Below are positions 1-9,646 of a DNA stretch of 64,000 nucleotides, piece by piece; the first letter of the stretch is position 1; each line of letters begins with the position of its first letter. A program made the translations under genes and the position numbers. The DNA comes from an uncultured bacterium. GTDB lineage: Bacteria > Planctomycetota > UBA1135 > GCA-002686595. The notes beneath the pieces were generated by a model that did no database searches, was not told the DNA's origin, and saw only the letters and a program-made list of their open reading frames with translations. The stretch is from positions 512,001 to 576,000 of the forward strand of contig CALSNU010000006.1 of assembly GCA_943787795.1 (NCBI GenBank). The letters run 5' to 3'.

Positions 1-1229
1 CCGCGGCGGACATCGAGGCGCCAGCTGCGACCGCCTCCCCCTGGTGGGAGGGAGTGGAGCGTGACGACCCGGTGTGGGATCTCGGGATCATGGATCCGGT
101 GGCCCTGGCGGCGCTCCTCGAGCGTCCCGACGACGAGCTCGCGCCCTTCCCCAGGGACCTGCTCGAGGACCTCGACGCGCTCTATGGGCGGACCACAGAA
201 GCGGGACGATCCGTCGACGACCTGTGGTTGGGCGACCGGCCCTTGATCGCCCTCGGCTCCCCTCCCGCGCCTCCGCCCGCGGGGCGCCTCCTGATCGCCC
301 GGATCGAGCACGCCGCCGCGGGCAAGCTCCTCGAGCGCGCGAGGAACGCGTGCGCCGGCGGCCAGTTCGACGGGAGAGCCTGGATCGACGACTGGCTCGC
401 GGGCGACGACCTGATCGCTGTCCCCGACTCGGTGGTCGCCGTCATCGAAGCCCAGCGCGCCCTCGGCCGGAGCGCCAAGCTGGCCGCGATCGACGGGGAC
501 GCCGACGGTGCGCTCGCTGCCCTGCGCCAGGGCTTCTGCGCCGCCCGCGCCTACGAGCGCGCCCCCGGCCTCCTCCACGGGCTGACCTGGATGCTCCAGG
601 TCACCATGGCGACCGACGCCCTCCTGACCGTGGCCTCGGAGCTGCCCGGGGTCGACCTCGCGGAGTTCGAGGGGGACCTCGCGGGGCTGGATGCGCAGGC
701 AGCGCTCCATCGAGTCATGCAGGAGGAGCGCGCCCTGGGCATGGGGGCCTTCGAGAGGGGTCTCCACCCGAGCGGGGTCGACTGGTGGACCTCTCCCCTC
801 ACCTCGCTGGGGCTCTGGCTGTTCGAGAGCAACGACCAACGGGTCTTCCTGACCACCTTCGCAGGGGCCCTCGCGGCCTCGATCGAGCCCGGGTTCTCGG
901 GCCGGGCGGCCATGGGAGAGGCGACCCTGGCTCTCCACGACGAGGCCTTCGCCCTGCGATCCCAGTTGTTGTTCCCCGCGGTCCACAGCGCGTTCGACAG
1001 CGCCGCGGCGGTCCACGCCACCGCGACCCTCGCCGCCGCCGTCCTGATGGGGCGCCGCGAGGGGACGGATGCGGCCCGGTCCTGGATTGAATCCCAGCTG
1101 GACCCCTTCTCCGGGGCTCCTTATCGAACGGAGACCTTGGCCAGCGGCGGGGTTCGTGCCTGGTCCATCGGCCCCGACGCCGACCTGGGCGCTGGAGACG
1201 AGATCGCCGCCCACCTCCCCGGGCGCTAG
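1..1229 (+). CDS. Hypothetical helical protein, 5'-truncated by the window edge, with a GspG-like C-terminal DPFxGxPY...SxGPD motif
   Basis: The frame of ORF 54..1229 is open back to position 3. C-terminus DPFSGAPYRTE...AWSIGPDAD; similar layout to 6770..8008. Confidence 0.7.
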   Translation, partial: AADIEAPAATASPWWEGVERDDPVWDLGIMDPVALAALLERPDDELAPFPRDLLEDLDALYGRTTEAGRSVDDLWLGDRPLIALGSPPAPPPAGRLLIARIEHAAAGKLLERARNACAGGQFDGRAWIDDWLAGDDLIAVPDSVVAVIEAQRALGRSAKLAAIDGDADGALAALRQGFCAARAYERAPGLLHGLTWMLQVTMATDALLTVASELPGVDLAEFEGDLAGLDAQAALHRVMQEERALGMGAFERGLHPSGVDWWTSPLTSLGLWLFESNDQRVFLTTFAGALAASIEPGFSGRAAMGEATLALHDEAFALRSQLLFPAVHSAFDSAAAVHATATLAAAVLMGRREGTDAARSWIESQLDPFSGAPYRTETLASGGVRAWSIGPDADLGAGDEIAAHLPGR

Positions 1230-1239
1230 CCCGTCCCCC

Positions 1240-2145
1240 ATGCAGCGCCCCGCCATCGATCAGCGAGCCCGCGACGTGAGGCGCGTCCTCGTCATCGAGG
1301 GCCTCTGCAACCTGGCCCTCGCCTTGACCGAGCTCTGCGTGGGGCTCATGACGGGCTCATGGGTGCTGGTCGCCGATGCGATGCACTCCGCCACGGACCT
1401 CGCGAACAATGTCGTGGCCTGGTTCGCCATGCGCGTGGCCGGGGCCCCCGCCGACGACGGCCACCCCTACGGGCACGGCAAGTTCGAGATCCTCGCCGTG
1501 TTCGGGCTCGCCACCTTGATGGGCGTCCTCGCCCTCGAGATCCTGCTCGGCGTCCTGCGCGGCGGGGCCGCCGAGCCGGTGACGACCGGCCCGCTCAGCC
1601 TCGCGGTCGCCTGCGGCGTCATGGTGCTCCAGCTGGGCCTCGCCTACTGGCAGAACCGCCAGGCCCGACGGCTGGGGTCCGAGCTGCTCCACGCGGACGC
1701 GACCCACACCCTCGCCGACACGGCCACCACCCTCGCGGCCATCGTCGGCTGGCAGATCGCCGCCCGCGGCTTCCCGTGGCTCGACCGCGTGCTGGCGGTC
1801 GCCGTGGCGGTCTTCGTCCTGGTGCTCGCCTTCCAGCTCTTCCGGCGGGCGGTCCCGATCCTCGTGGACGGTGCCGCCGTGCCGCCCAGCGAGCTCGTCG
1901 CGGTGCTCAGGACCGTCGAGGGGGTCGCGGGGATCGGCCAGGTCCGCAGTCGCTGGGACGGCACCCGGCGCACGGCGGACGTCACGGTGCGCGTCGACCC
2001 GACCCTCGATGCGGTCCAGGCCCACGACATCGCCGACGGGGTCGAGGCGAGCCTGACCCTCCAGCTCGCCTTCGACGAGGTCCTGGTCCACGTGGAGCCC
2101 GACGTCGGGGAAGGTCCCCCCCGGCGAGGGCCAATGACCGACTGA
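1240..2145 (+). CDS. Cation diffusion facilitator (CDF) family metal transporter
   Basis: ATG at 1240; motifs ADAMHSATD, HPYGHGKFE, HADATHTLAD, AHDIAD, VHVEP; six hydrophobic segments. Confidence 0.92.
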   Translation: MQRPAIDQRARDVRRVLVIEGLCNLALALTELCVGLMTGSWVLVADAMHSATDLANNVVAWFAMRVAGAPADDGHPYGHGKFEILAVFGLATLMGVLALEILLGVLRGGAAEPVTTGPLSLAVACGVMVLQLGLAYWQNRQARRLGSELLHADATHTLADTATTLAAIVGWQIAARGFPWLDRVLAVAVAVFVLVLAFQLFRRAVPILVDGAAVPPSELVAVLRTVEGVAGIGQVRSRWDGTRRTADVTVRVDPTLDAVQAHDIADGVEASLTLQLAFDEVLVHVEPDVGEGPPRRGPMTD

Positions 2146-2229
2146 ACCCGGCCCGCCCCTCGGCTCCTCCGCTCCATCGCTAGAGTCGAGGGGTCGCCCC
2201 CCCCCAGCCCACAACGGCCCCCGAGCACC

Positions 2230-2382
2230 ATGGCCTTCCTCTTCCTGAGCTACCTCGCCACCTTCGCGTGCGTGATCCGCGGACGGCGCTCCGCCGCTCT
2301 CGCGGGCCTCGCCCTCAGCACGGCGCTGAGCGTGGCCATGTTCTTCCACCACACGACGTCGGGCCTGGAGCTCAACTTCTGA
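2230..2382 (+). CDS. Small membrane protein, DUF5993-like (50 aa, below the ORF-track cutoff)
   Basis: Translated by hand: MAFLFLSYLATFACVIRGRRSAALAGLALSTALSVAMFFHHTTSGLELNF. Two hydrophobic stretches and an FHH motif; its TGA overlaps the dsbB ATG (TGATG). Confidence 0.8.
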   Translation: MAFLFLSYLATFACVIRGRRSAALAGLALSTALSVAMFFHHTTSGLELNF

Positions 2383-2921
2383 TGGAGAACCGTCCGCTCC
2401 TCTACACCGTGAACAGCGCGTGCATGCTGGGCCTCTCCCTCGTGCTGGTCGGCGCCTTCTACTTCCAGTACGGGCTCGGAGAGACCCCCTGCCCCCTGTG
2501 CCTGCTCCAGCGCATGGGCATGCTCGGCGTCCTGGTCGGGCTGGCCCTGAACACCGCCTTCGGCTTCCGCCAGGAGCACGCCGCCGTGATCATCGGCGCC
2601 GCCCTCGTGGGCGGCTCCTTCTCCGTCCGGCAGATCCTCCTGCACATCGCCCCCGTGGAAGGAGAGCCCGCGGGCTACGGCTCCGCCGTCCTCGGCATGC
2701 ACCTGTACACCTGGGCGGCGATCGTCTTCCTGACCACGATCGCGGGGACGGCCGTGTTTCTTTGCCTCATCCGCGACGAGCCGGCGGGCACCGTGCGACG
2801 CCCCACACCCTTCGACCGCGGCGCGCTCCTCTTCGTCACCATCATCTGCCTGGCCAATGCCCTCGCGACCTTCGTCGAGTGCGGCGCGGGGGCCTGCTGC
2901 GAGAATGGCCCCTGCCCCTGA
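2382..2921 (+). CDS. dsbB: Disulfide bond formation protein B (DsbB/DsbI family)
   Basis: PCPLCLLQR motif, RQILLHI and GMHLYTWA segments, five predicted TM helices; ATG at 2382. Confidence 0.88.
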   Translation: MENRPLLYTVNSACMLGLSLVLVGAFYFQYGLGETPCPLCLLQRMGMLGVLVGLALNTAFGFRQEHAAVIIGAALVGGSFSVRQILLHIAPVEGEPAGYGSAVLGMHLYTWAAIVFLTTIAGTAVFLCLIRDEPAGTVRRPTPFDRGALLFVTIICLANALATFVECGAGACCENGPCP

Positions 2922-3102
2922 GTGCAAGAGCCAGAGGCCTGCCAGCGGGGCGGAGCCCTGGCCGTCGATTCGGCTTGCTTATCGAGCCGTATGGCACCAA
3001 TGCGGAGAGGACTACGCGAGCAGACGTAGCCTTTGCCAGTGCTCCACCTGCACCCGCGGGACCCGGGGCACGCCACGTCTTCCCGACCCCAGCCCCATCG
3101 AA

Positions 3103-3510
3103 ATGAACCGCTCTTCCCGAATCGCTCGCTCCCTCCAAACCCTCACCCTGGCCCTCCTCCTCCCCCTCGGTGCGGGATGCCAGGGCTGGACCATGGACTA
3201 CGGCAAGCCCGCCGCCCAGTTCGAGGCCGTCGACGCCGCCGCCATCGCGCCCGACCATGTCGGGGAGAAGGTCGCCGTGCGGGGCGAGGTCCGCTCCGTG
3301 GACGTCTCCGACCCAGAGGACTGCGTGGTCGAGCTCGAGGGGGGCGTCACCGCCCGCTTCGGAGACTTCAAGGACGCTGCCGAGTCCTGCCCCGTGGGCA
3401 CCGTCGTCTATCTCTATGGGATCGTGAAGGCCGCGTCCCCCGGCGGCGTGACCCTCGACCCCGCCAGCCGCAGGGACCCGACGGCGCCCTTCGAGCCGGA
3501 AAAGCCCTGA
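3103..3510 (+). CDS. OB-fold putative lipoprotein
   Basis: Signal peptide with lipobox LGAGC; GEKVAVRGEVRSV...GTVVYLYGIV OB-fold-like pattern. Confidence 0.65.
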   Translation: MNRSSRIARSLQTLTLALLLPLGAGCQGWTMDYGKPAAQFEAVDAAAIAPDHVGEKVAVRGEVRSVDVSDPEDCVVELEGGVTARFGDFKDAAESCPVGTVVYLYGIVKAASPGGVTLDPASRRDPTAPFEPEKP

Positions 3511-3685
3511 CCCTCCACGGCACGCCATACGGACCCGGTGGCCGCCGGTCGACCACCGGGGCCGCCCCCCCCTCACGGCCGAGCTAGTTCGGGAGTGAGC
3601 CCGGAAGCTCACGTTGAGAGCTGAGACCGGCGCGCCCATCGGGTCACCGCCCGGTGGGACAAGGGGATCAGCGACGCTCGCGGGT

Positions 3686-4270
3686 ATGGATCACCGCGCC
3701 GCGACCCTTGGCCTCATGGTCTGCTGCGCAGCCCCCGGCCTCGCACATTTCGATGACTGCGATGGCGACGGGGCCACGGACCGGGATCAGATCGCGAGGA
3801 CGCCGTGGATGGACGGCAACGGCGACGCCGTCCTCGACCGCTGCGAGGCCGTTGGCGGCACCTACTGCACCTCGAGCGGGGGCGAAGCGAGCCCCCTCCC
3901 CTCCATGCTCGTGATCGGCTCGGACGCCGTCGAGGACGGGGACCTCACGCTCATCGCCCGCTTCCTCCCCCTGAACAGCGTCGGCGACTTCGTCGCCTCA
4001 CGGACCCCGGGCAACACCCTCCCCGTGCCGGGCAGCATCGACCGCCTCTGCGTGTCGGGCAGCATCGGCAGGGCGGTCGGCGGCGTCCTCGACTTCAGCA
4101 CCCTCGGGACCCCCGTGGCCCAGGTCGATCTCACGGCGATCCCCCAGCCCACCGGCCCCGTCGCCGTCCAGCCCGGCGAGACCTTGCACTTCCAGGCCTG
4201 GCACCGCACCACCCTCGCCGGCCAGCCCACCTCGGACCTCACCGACGCGGTGCGGGTGACCTTCGAGTAG
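3686..4270 (+). CDS. Small exported protein: Ca-binding-like DxDxDG motifs + shared FQxWxR C-terminal domain
   Basis: DCDGDGATD...DGNGDAVLDRCE followed by YC...LC...GETLHFQAWHR...SDLTDAVRVTFE. Confidence 0.75.
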   Translation: MDHRAATLGLMVCCAAPGLAHFDDCDGDGATDRDQIARTPWMDGNGDAVLDRCEAVGGTYCTSSGGEASPLPSMLVIGSDAVEDGDLTLIARFLPLNSVGDFVASRTPGNTLPVPGSIDRLCVSGSIGRAVGGVLDFSTLGTPVAQVDLTAIPQPTGPVAVQPGETLHFQAWHRTTLAGQPTSDLTDAVRVTFE

Positions 4271-4276
4271 GCCAGC

Positions 4277-4966
4277 CTACCTGGTCTTCTGGCCGGCCCG
4301 GCTGCCCGCGCGGTGGAGCCTGCGCTCGAGCCAGGCCCAGACCCCGAGCCGGTCCATGGGCGCGTTCAGCCAGCCCGTGGTGATGCAGTACGACGAGTCG
4401 AACCCGTTCGAGTGGTGCACGGCGTGGCGCTCGGGGGTGATCACGAGGCCCAGCGCCTGCATCCACCGCGCGAGGCGCGGCGGACGCTGCATGTGAGCCC
4501 AGCGATGGAAGAGGTTCGTGCAGACGCCCCCGACCATCGCGCTCAGGATGAGCGCGCCGGCGAGGAGCGTGAGCGGTGCGCCCGACGCGAGGTCGAGCAG
4601 GTGGAAGGCCGCCGCCAAGGTGGGCAGCGCCAGCACGGCGGTGTTACCCACGAGCTCGACGAGGCCGTGCTCCACCATCTCCTCGGGCACCACGTGGTGC
4701 TGGCGAAAGGGCGCGATGAACCCGGGTCCGATGATGGGCGTCGTCTCCTCGAAGAAGCGGTCCCCGACCCAGTGCGCGAGCCCTGAGAGGAGGTCCGCCA
4801 TGAGGTATCCGCTCATGAGCCCCGCGGCGACGGCGAGCGCTTGGGCCGCGGATCCGACCTCGCCCGCGAGCCGCACTGCGAGCGCCAGCGCATAGGCGGT
4901 GAAGGTCGCCATGGCGACCGACTCGAGCACGCGTTGGCCGAGGGAGTGCTCCGAGGGTTGACTCAC
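4277..4966 (-). CDS. carF: CarF/TMEM189 (PEDS1) family lipid desaturase
   Basis: His boxes HWVGD, FRQHH, HRWAH, HAVHH and YCITTGWLN. The GTG start at 4966 is a best guess. Confidence 0.85.
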   Translation of the reverse strand: MSQPSEHSLGQRVLESVAMATFTAYALALAVRLAGEVGSAAQALAVAAGLMSGYLMADLLSGLAHWVGDRFFEETTPIIGPGFIAPFRQHHVVPEEMVEHGLVELVGNTAVLALPTLAAAFHLLDLASGAPLTLLAGALILSAMVGGVCTNLFHRWAHMQRPPRLARWMQALGLVITPERHAVHHSNGFDSSYCITTGWLNAPMDRLGVWAWLERRLHRAGSRAGQKTR

Positions 4967-5184
4967 CAACCCAGGATAGGTGGACGCCGACCTGCCCGGA
5001 CCAGAATCCACCTTCGGCTCGGCGAGCCGGCGCGCGCTGAACCTACGATGAGACGTAATGGTCCTGATCTCGACGTCGAGCGCACCCGTACGGGCTCTCA
5101 CCACAGCAACGGGACCGCGGGGGCCTGGGATGGCGCCGCAGGCACCTCAACCCGCTCCCGCCGAGCAGGCGTGATGTCCGCAAC

Positions 5185-6153
5185 GTGCTGAACCCCGAGC
5201 GAACCACGGTCATCGTCAACCCCGCCGCCGGCAGCGGCCGCGTCGGGCGTCGATGGAGCCAGCTGGAGCGCGAGCTGGGCGGGATCCTCGGGCCGGTTCG
5301 CTTCCAGAGGACCGAGGGGCCGGGGCACGGGACAGAGCTCGCGCGGCAGGCCGTCCTCGACGGGCACCACACGCTCCTCTCCCTCGGAGGGGACGGGACC
5401 CACAACGAGGTGGTCAACGGGATCATGGAGGCGTCGCCCCCCGAAGGCGCGGTGTCCTTCGGCGTGCTCCCCGCCGGCACCGGCGGCGACTTCGCCCGCA
5501 CGCTCGAGGTCCCGCGCGATCCGGTCGGCGCGGCCCGCGCCCTGGTCGACGCCCCGACGAGCCCCCTCGACCTCGGTCGAGTGACGATCGAGTCCACGAG
5601 CCCCGCCCAGGTGCGTCACTTCGTGAACGTCGGCACCTTCGGCATGAGCGGCCTGATCGACGAGCTCGTCAAGGGGTCCAGCACGGCCCTCGGCGGCAGG
5701 GTGTCGTTCTTCCTGGCGTCGGTCCGCGGGCTCTTCCGGTACCGGCCCGCGACGGTCCGGCTCACCGCGGACGGCGAGGTGCTTGGGACCTTCAGGATCA
5801 ACACCGTGGCCCTGGGCAACGCCCAGTTCTGCGGCGGCGGCATGCGCATGGCGCCGGAGGCCGATCCCAGCGACGGCTGGCTGGACGGGGTCATCATCGA
5901 GCAGCGCTCCATTCCGCGCATGCTCTCCCTGACGGCCTCGATCTACCGGGGCAAGCACACCGGCTGCAGCTTCGTCCACACCTTCCGCGCCCGCCGCCTG
6001 ACCGCCGAGCTCATGGGCGACGACCCGGCCTACCTCGACCTGGACGGCGAGGCCCCCGGCGTCCTCCCCGCCACCTTCGAGGTCCTCCCCGGCGCCCTCA
6101 CGCTCCTCGGCCAGGTTCGAGGCCGCCCGGCCCTGAAGCCGCCGGGGACCTAG
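5185..6153 (+). CDS. Diacylglycerol kinase family lipid kinase (YegS/BmrU-like)
   Basis: IVNPAAG, GGDGTHNEVVNG, LPAGTGGDFAR, GGGMRMAP, LDGE motifs. Confidence 0.92.
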   Translation: MLNPERTTVIVNPAAGSGRVGRRWSQLERELGGILGPVRFQRTEGPGHGTELARQAVLDGHHTLLSLGGDGTHNEVVNGIMEASPPEGAVSFGVLPAGTGGDFARTLEVPRDPVGAARALVDAPTSPLDLGRVTIESTSPAQVRHFVNVGTFGMSGLIDELVKGSSTALGGRVSFFLASVRGLFRYRPATVRLTADGEVLGTFRINTVALGNAQFCGGGMRMAPEADPSDGWLDGVIIEQRSIPRMLSLTASIYRGKHTGCSFVHTFRARRLTAELMGDDPAYLDLDGEAPGVLPATFEVLPGALTLLGQVRGRPALKPPGT

Positions 6154-6437
6154 GGTCCGTCGGTCGCCACCGGCGACGCGCGGCTCGCCGTACCGGAGAG
6201 ACCCGCCGGCCGGGGCGCGCAAGATCCTCCTCCGCTCGAGCTCTTCCCCGGGGCCTGCGGGCCGAGCCCTCCGTCCCACGGCCAGTGGTAGGCTCGGGCT
6301 GGCGCAAAGGGGACGCCCCCCCGGCCCGAGACGGGCCCGACTCGGGCTCAACGCAGATCCGGCTGGCTTGGGTACGGGGGCGCCGAGGGTTGGCTCCGCC
6401 TCCTGCTGGGTTAAGTTGACACGGAGAGAGCCGCCCG

Positions 6438-6629
6438 ATGGCCAAGACAAAGCGCACCCGTCAGAAGCCCTGCGACCGCTGCAAGGCCGCGAGCACCGCG
6501 CTGTTCCGAGTCCAGATATCGGCCGAGGGTCACTGGGTCTTTGTCTGTGGCCCGTGCCTCGAGCTGGTGAAGCCCGGGAACCCCGACTACCGCTACGGCG
6601 GCACCTGGAAGAGCCGCAAGCGTCACTGA
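6438..6629 (+). CDS. Small basic Zn-ribbon protein (63 aa)
   Basis: CDRC and CGPC pairs, C-terminal NPDYRYGGTWKSRKRH; GGAGAG RBS-like sequence upstream. Confidence 0.7.
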   Translation: MAKTKRTRQKPCDRCKAASTALFRVQISAEGHWVFVCGPCLELVKPGNPDYRYGGTWKSRKRH

Positions 6630-6769
6630 GCGTCGCGAGGGGGCGCTCCGCGATCCGGCTGGATCCTCTCCGTGCCCCCAGCGTCACCGGCGGGTGGAGC
6701 ATCCTGCCCTGCCCTGCCGTCTTCACGCCCTGGCTTTGGACCGCGGCGGACGCGCGGGGCGCGTCAGTC

Positions 6770-8008
6770 TCACGGCTGCAGCTCGATCGTGAAGCGGCCG
6801 GGGGTCACGTGCTCCAGCTCGGAGCCAGCGGAGGTCAGGCGCAGCACGCCGCCGACCATGTGGGCCTGGAGCCGGCCGCCGAAGGGATCCTCGATCTCTG
6901 GAGTCTCCCCGGTCAGGCGGTACTCGACCGCCGCAATCACGAGCCGCAGGCGCGCCCGGCACTCGTAGAGCGCGCGTTCCGCCGTTCGCGACTGCCCCAA
7001 CCCCGAGGTCAGCTCGGTGATCACGTTGGACGGATCCTGGAGCTCGGCGGCAGCCTGCAACAGCGCAGCGTCGCGCGCTGGCCAGGGCTGCCCCTCACTC
7101 GCCGCCAGTAACTCGATCTCACGCGTCGCACGCGCGACGTGGTCCGCTTGCATCGCGCTCACCGAGAACCCGTAGCGCCAGGCCATCAGATTCCCCATGG
7201 GGTGGAGCGGCCACCCTCCCAAGGTGGCGTCCTCCACCGTGCTCATCCTGTGAACCCAGGCGACCAAGTCCCCTTCGCGCACCAGGAGCGGGCGCTGCAG
7301 CTCGGAGTCCAGTCGGTAGAGCCCGTCGGCCAGCATCCGAAGCCCTTCAGGGCTGAGTCGCTGCAGCATGCCCTGGTCGACCAGAGCCTCGAAGGTCGTG
7401 ATCGAGATCAGCAAGCAACCGGTGAGCGAGACCGTCCCGACCGGCGTGTGCAGCAGGTCGCAACCCAACTGCGCGTTATCGAGCAGGTGCTGCACCGCGC
7501 GCTCAGAGTCGCCGTGATCGAGCGCGCTCTGCGCCGCGAGGATGCCGAGCCGCACCAGCGAATGATGCTCCAGCATCATCGGGAGCCGGCCTGAGAACCC
7601 ACGCTCCCACTCGAGGCGGAAGGATGCGTCGGCGCAGCGAGCCCCCTGCGCGAGAGCGTCGAGGCTGGCCTTGTTGGCAAGCAGTAACCGTCGACGCTCC
7701 TGTCGCGCCGAAGGGTCCTCGGATTCGAAGGCCTTGAAGCAGCGCCCCAGCTCTATGGCCAGCCGCGGGTTCCTCTTCGGGCTCGTGTGCGCGACCGCCC
7801 GCGCGTAGCTCTCAAAGGCGAGGCCCTCGGACGGTTCGCCGGGCAGCAGGGTGCGGCGCCCGCGGCGCTGCTCGAAGGCGCCCTTCAGCTCCTCCACGGA
7901 ACCGAGAGCTTCCTCCCATGCGGTCCTGGAGCGCTGCAACGAGGTGAGAGTCAAGACGATGGCGAGGGCAGCGAGCATGAAGCCCGCGCGGATCCAGAGG
8001 TGACGCAT
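6770..8008 (-). CDS. Hypothetical membrane-anchored helical protein with C-terminal DPFGG...SAG motif
   Basis: Long ORF with an N-terminal TM segment (MRHLWIRAGFMLAALAIVLTL); resembles 1..1229. Confidence 0.7.
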   Translation of the reverse strand: MRHLWIRAGFMLAALAIVLTLTSLQRSRTAWEEALGSVEELKGAFEQRRGRRTLLPGEPSEGLAFESYARAVAHTSPKRNPRLAIELGRCFKAFESEDPSARQERRRLLLANKASLDALAQGARCADASFRLEWERGFSGRLPMMLEHHSLVRLGILAAQSALDHGDSERAVQHLLDNAQLGCDLLHTPVGTVSLTGCLLISITTFEALVDQGMLQRLSPEGLRMLADGLYRLDSELQRPLLVREGDLVAWVHRMSTVEDATLGGWPLHPMGNLMAWRYGFSVSAMQADHVARATREIELLAASEGQPWPARDAALLQAAAELQDPSNVITELTSGLGQSRTAERALYECRARLRLVIAAVEYRLTGETPEIEDPFGGRLQAHMVGGVLRLTSAGSELEHVTPGRFTIELQP

Positions 8009-8489
8009 GCCGTGCTTATCGGAATACGCGAGGTTTGAGCAGTTCGAGATTGCTGGCATTCGCCCGAGGATTGCGTAGCGAGCGCCAGGAGAGCCTGGGG
8101 GGGGCCCTGCGACTCACCTGCGCCATCCGGAGCGCTCCACCAGCTAGCGAAGCCAACCTGGCCATGCCTCGGCCGTCCCCCCGCATTCCCGCCGCGATGA
8201 GGTCCGCGACCTGGACCGACCTCAGTGGGCGGCAACCGGGGCGCCCCCCACCGTTTGGGCCGACCGCCGCCCGTCCCTCCGGTCCCCATCACCCCCACGA
8301 TCCCATTCGCCCCATCGGCCAGCCCTCACAATGGGCCCGTTGATCAGCCTCCCTGACCGATAGCCTCCTCCGCCCTCCCCCTGGCGCAGATTGGGGCCGA
8401 ATGGGGCCGCACGATTGGCGCGCCGAGCGCCTCGGTCACATCGGCCCCATCGACCTTCGGCTCGGGGAGTGAACGGCTGAGGCCTCCCT

Positions 8490-9440
8490 TCAGCGGAGCT
8501 CCACCAGCACCGGCAGGTGGTCCGAGCCGATGCGCGGCCCGGCCTCGCGGTGGAGGACCCGGACGCCGCGGCCCACGAGGAAGTGGTCGATGGGGATCCG
8601 GGCGAGGTAGGGCAGGCCTGCGCTCCAGGTGGGCTGGAGACCGAAGCCCCTCCGAGAGTCGCGGAGGTCGCCGAGGTCCAGGACGCGGGAGAAGACCGGG
8701 GACCACGGCGTGGCGTTGAGGTCTCCCGCCAGGACCACCCGCGGTCCGAGCTCGCGGGCCCGCCGGGCGACCGCCTCGAGCTGACGATCTCTCTGGGCAG
8801 CCGCCTCGCTCCCCATGGGCGGGACCGGGTGGGTCAACAGCAGCCGCAGGCTGGAGCCCTCGAGCCCCGTCTCGATAGACGGGACCCCGGCGGCGCCGAG
8901 CTGGACGATCCGCCCGTCGGTCAACGGCCGCCTGGAGTAGAGGGCGATGCCGAAGTTGTCGCCCCGGGGCGCCGCGAGCCGATGGGGAAACTCCACCTCC
9001 AGAGGGGCGAGGTCCGCGAGCCAGGCCTCGCTCACCTCCAGCAGGAGCACGGCGTCGGGCTGCGTCGACTCCACCAGCTCGAGCAGGCCTCGCCGGTTGG
9101 CGTTGCTGGTCCGCACGTTCGCCATCAGCAGACGGGTCCCCCCTGGGGTCAGCGCCGCTCGATCCGGGGGAGATTCGGTGAGCTCGAGCAGCGGCCCCGA
9201 GTGCAATCCCACCACGACCGCGGTGAGCGCCAGCCCAAGGGGCCGCGCGAGGCACGCGAAGCCGGCCATCGCCGACCAGCGCCAGGAGGCCGTACTGGAA
9301 CGCGAAGTGCGTGGAGAGCTCCAGGCCCCAGTGCCAGTCCGGCGCACGCCATGGCCAGCCTCGCCAGCACCAGCCCCGCGAGCGCCAGCCAGAGGAGGCG
9401 GGCAGCGTTGCGGCGCCGGCCAGCGCCGCGACGGGTCCAC
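8490..9440 (-). CDS. Endonuclease/exonuclease/phosphatase family protein, N-terminal part frameshifted
   Basis: ANV, LLEV, GDLNATPWS, IDHFL, GSDHLPV motifs. The N-terminal membrane region is split over three frames (ARLLWLALAGLVL / DWHWGLELSTHFAFQY / AMAGFACL). Start uncertain. Confidence 0.8.
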   Translation of the reverse strand: MDPSRRWPAPQRCPPPLAGARGAGAGEAGHGVRRTGTGAWSSPRTSRSSTASWRWSAMAGFACLARPLGLALTAVVVGLHSGPLLELTESPPDRAALTPGGTRLLMANVRTSNANRRGLLELVESTQPDAVLLLEVSEAWLADLAPLEVEFPHRLAAPRGDNFGIALYSRRPLTDGRIVQLGAAGVPSIETGLEGSSLRLLLTHPVPPMGSEAAAQRDRQLEAVARRARELGPRVVLAGDLNATPWSPVFSRVLDLGDLRDSRRGFGLQPTWSAGLPYLARIPIDHFLVGRGVRVLHREAGPRIGSDHLPVLVELR

Positions 9441-9646
9441 GCGGGTCCCCCGTCGAGCCGCCGTCGGCTGCTCGGGGCCCTGGCCCCCCGTCGCCCTCGA
9501 CCGGGGTAGGGTCATGTCACGAGGTTCGCTCACGCAGAGAGCCTGCGACCTGGGCCGGCGAATATCTCCCTCGCCGGCCCCTTTTGGTCGCCCGCGCAGG
9601 GGACTCCCGTGGGAGCCGACACCGCGAGCCCCTTACCCTTGAGCCC

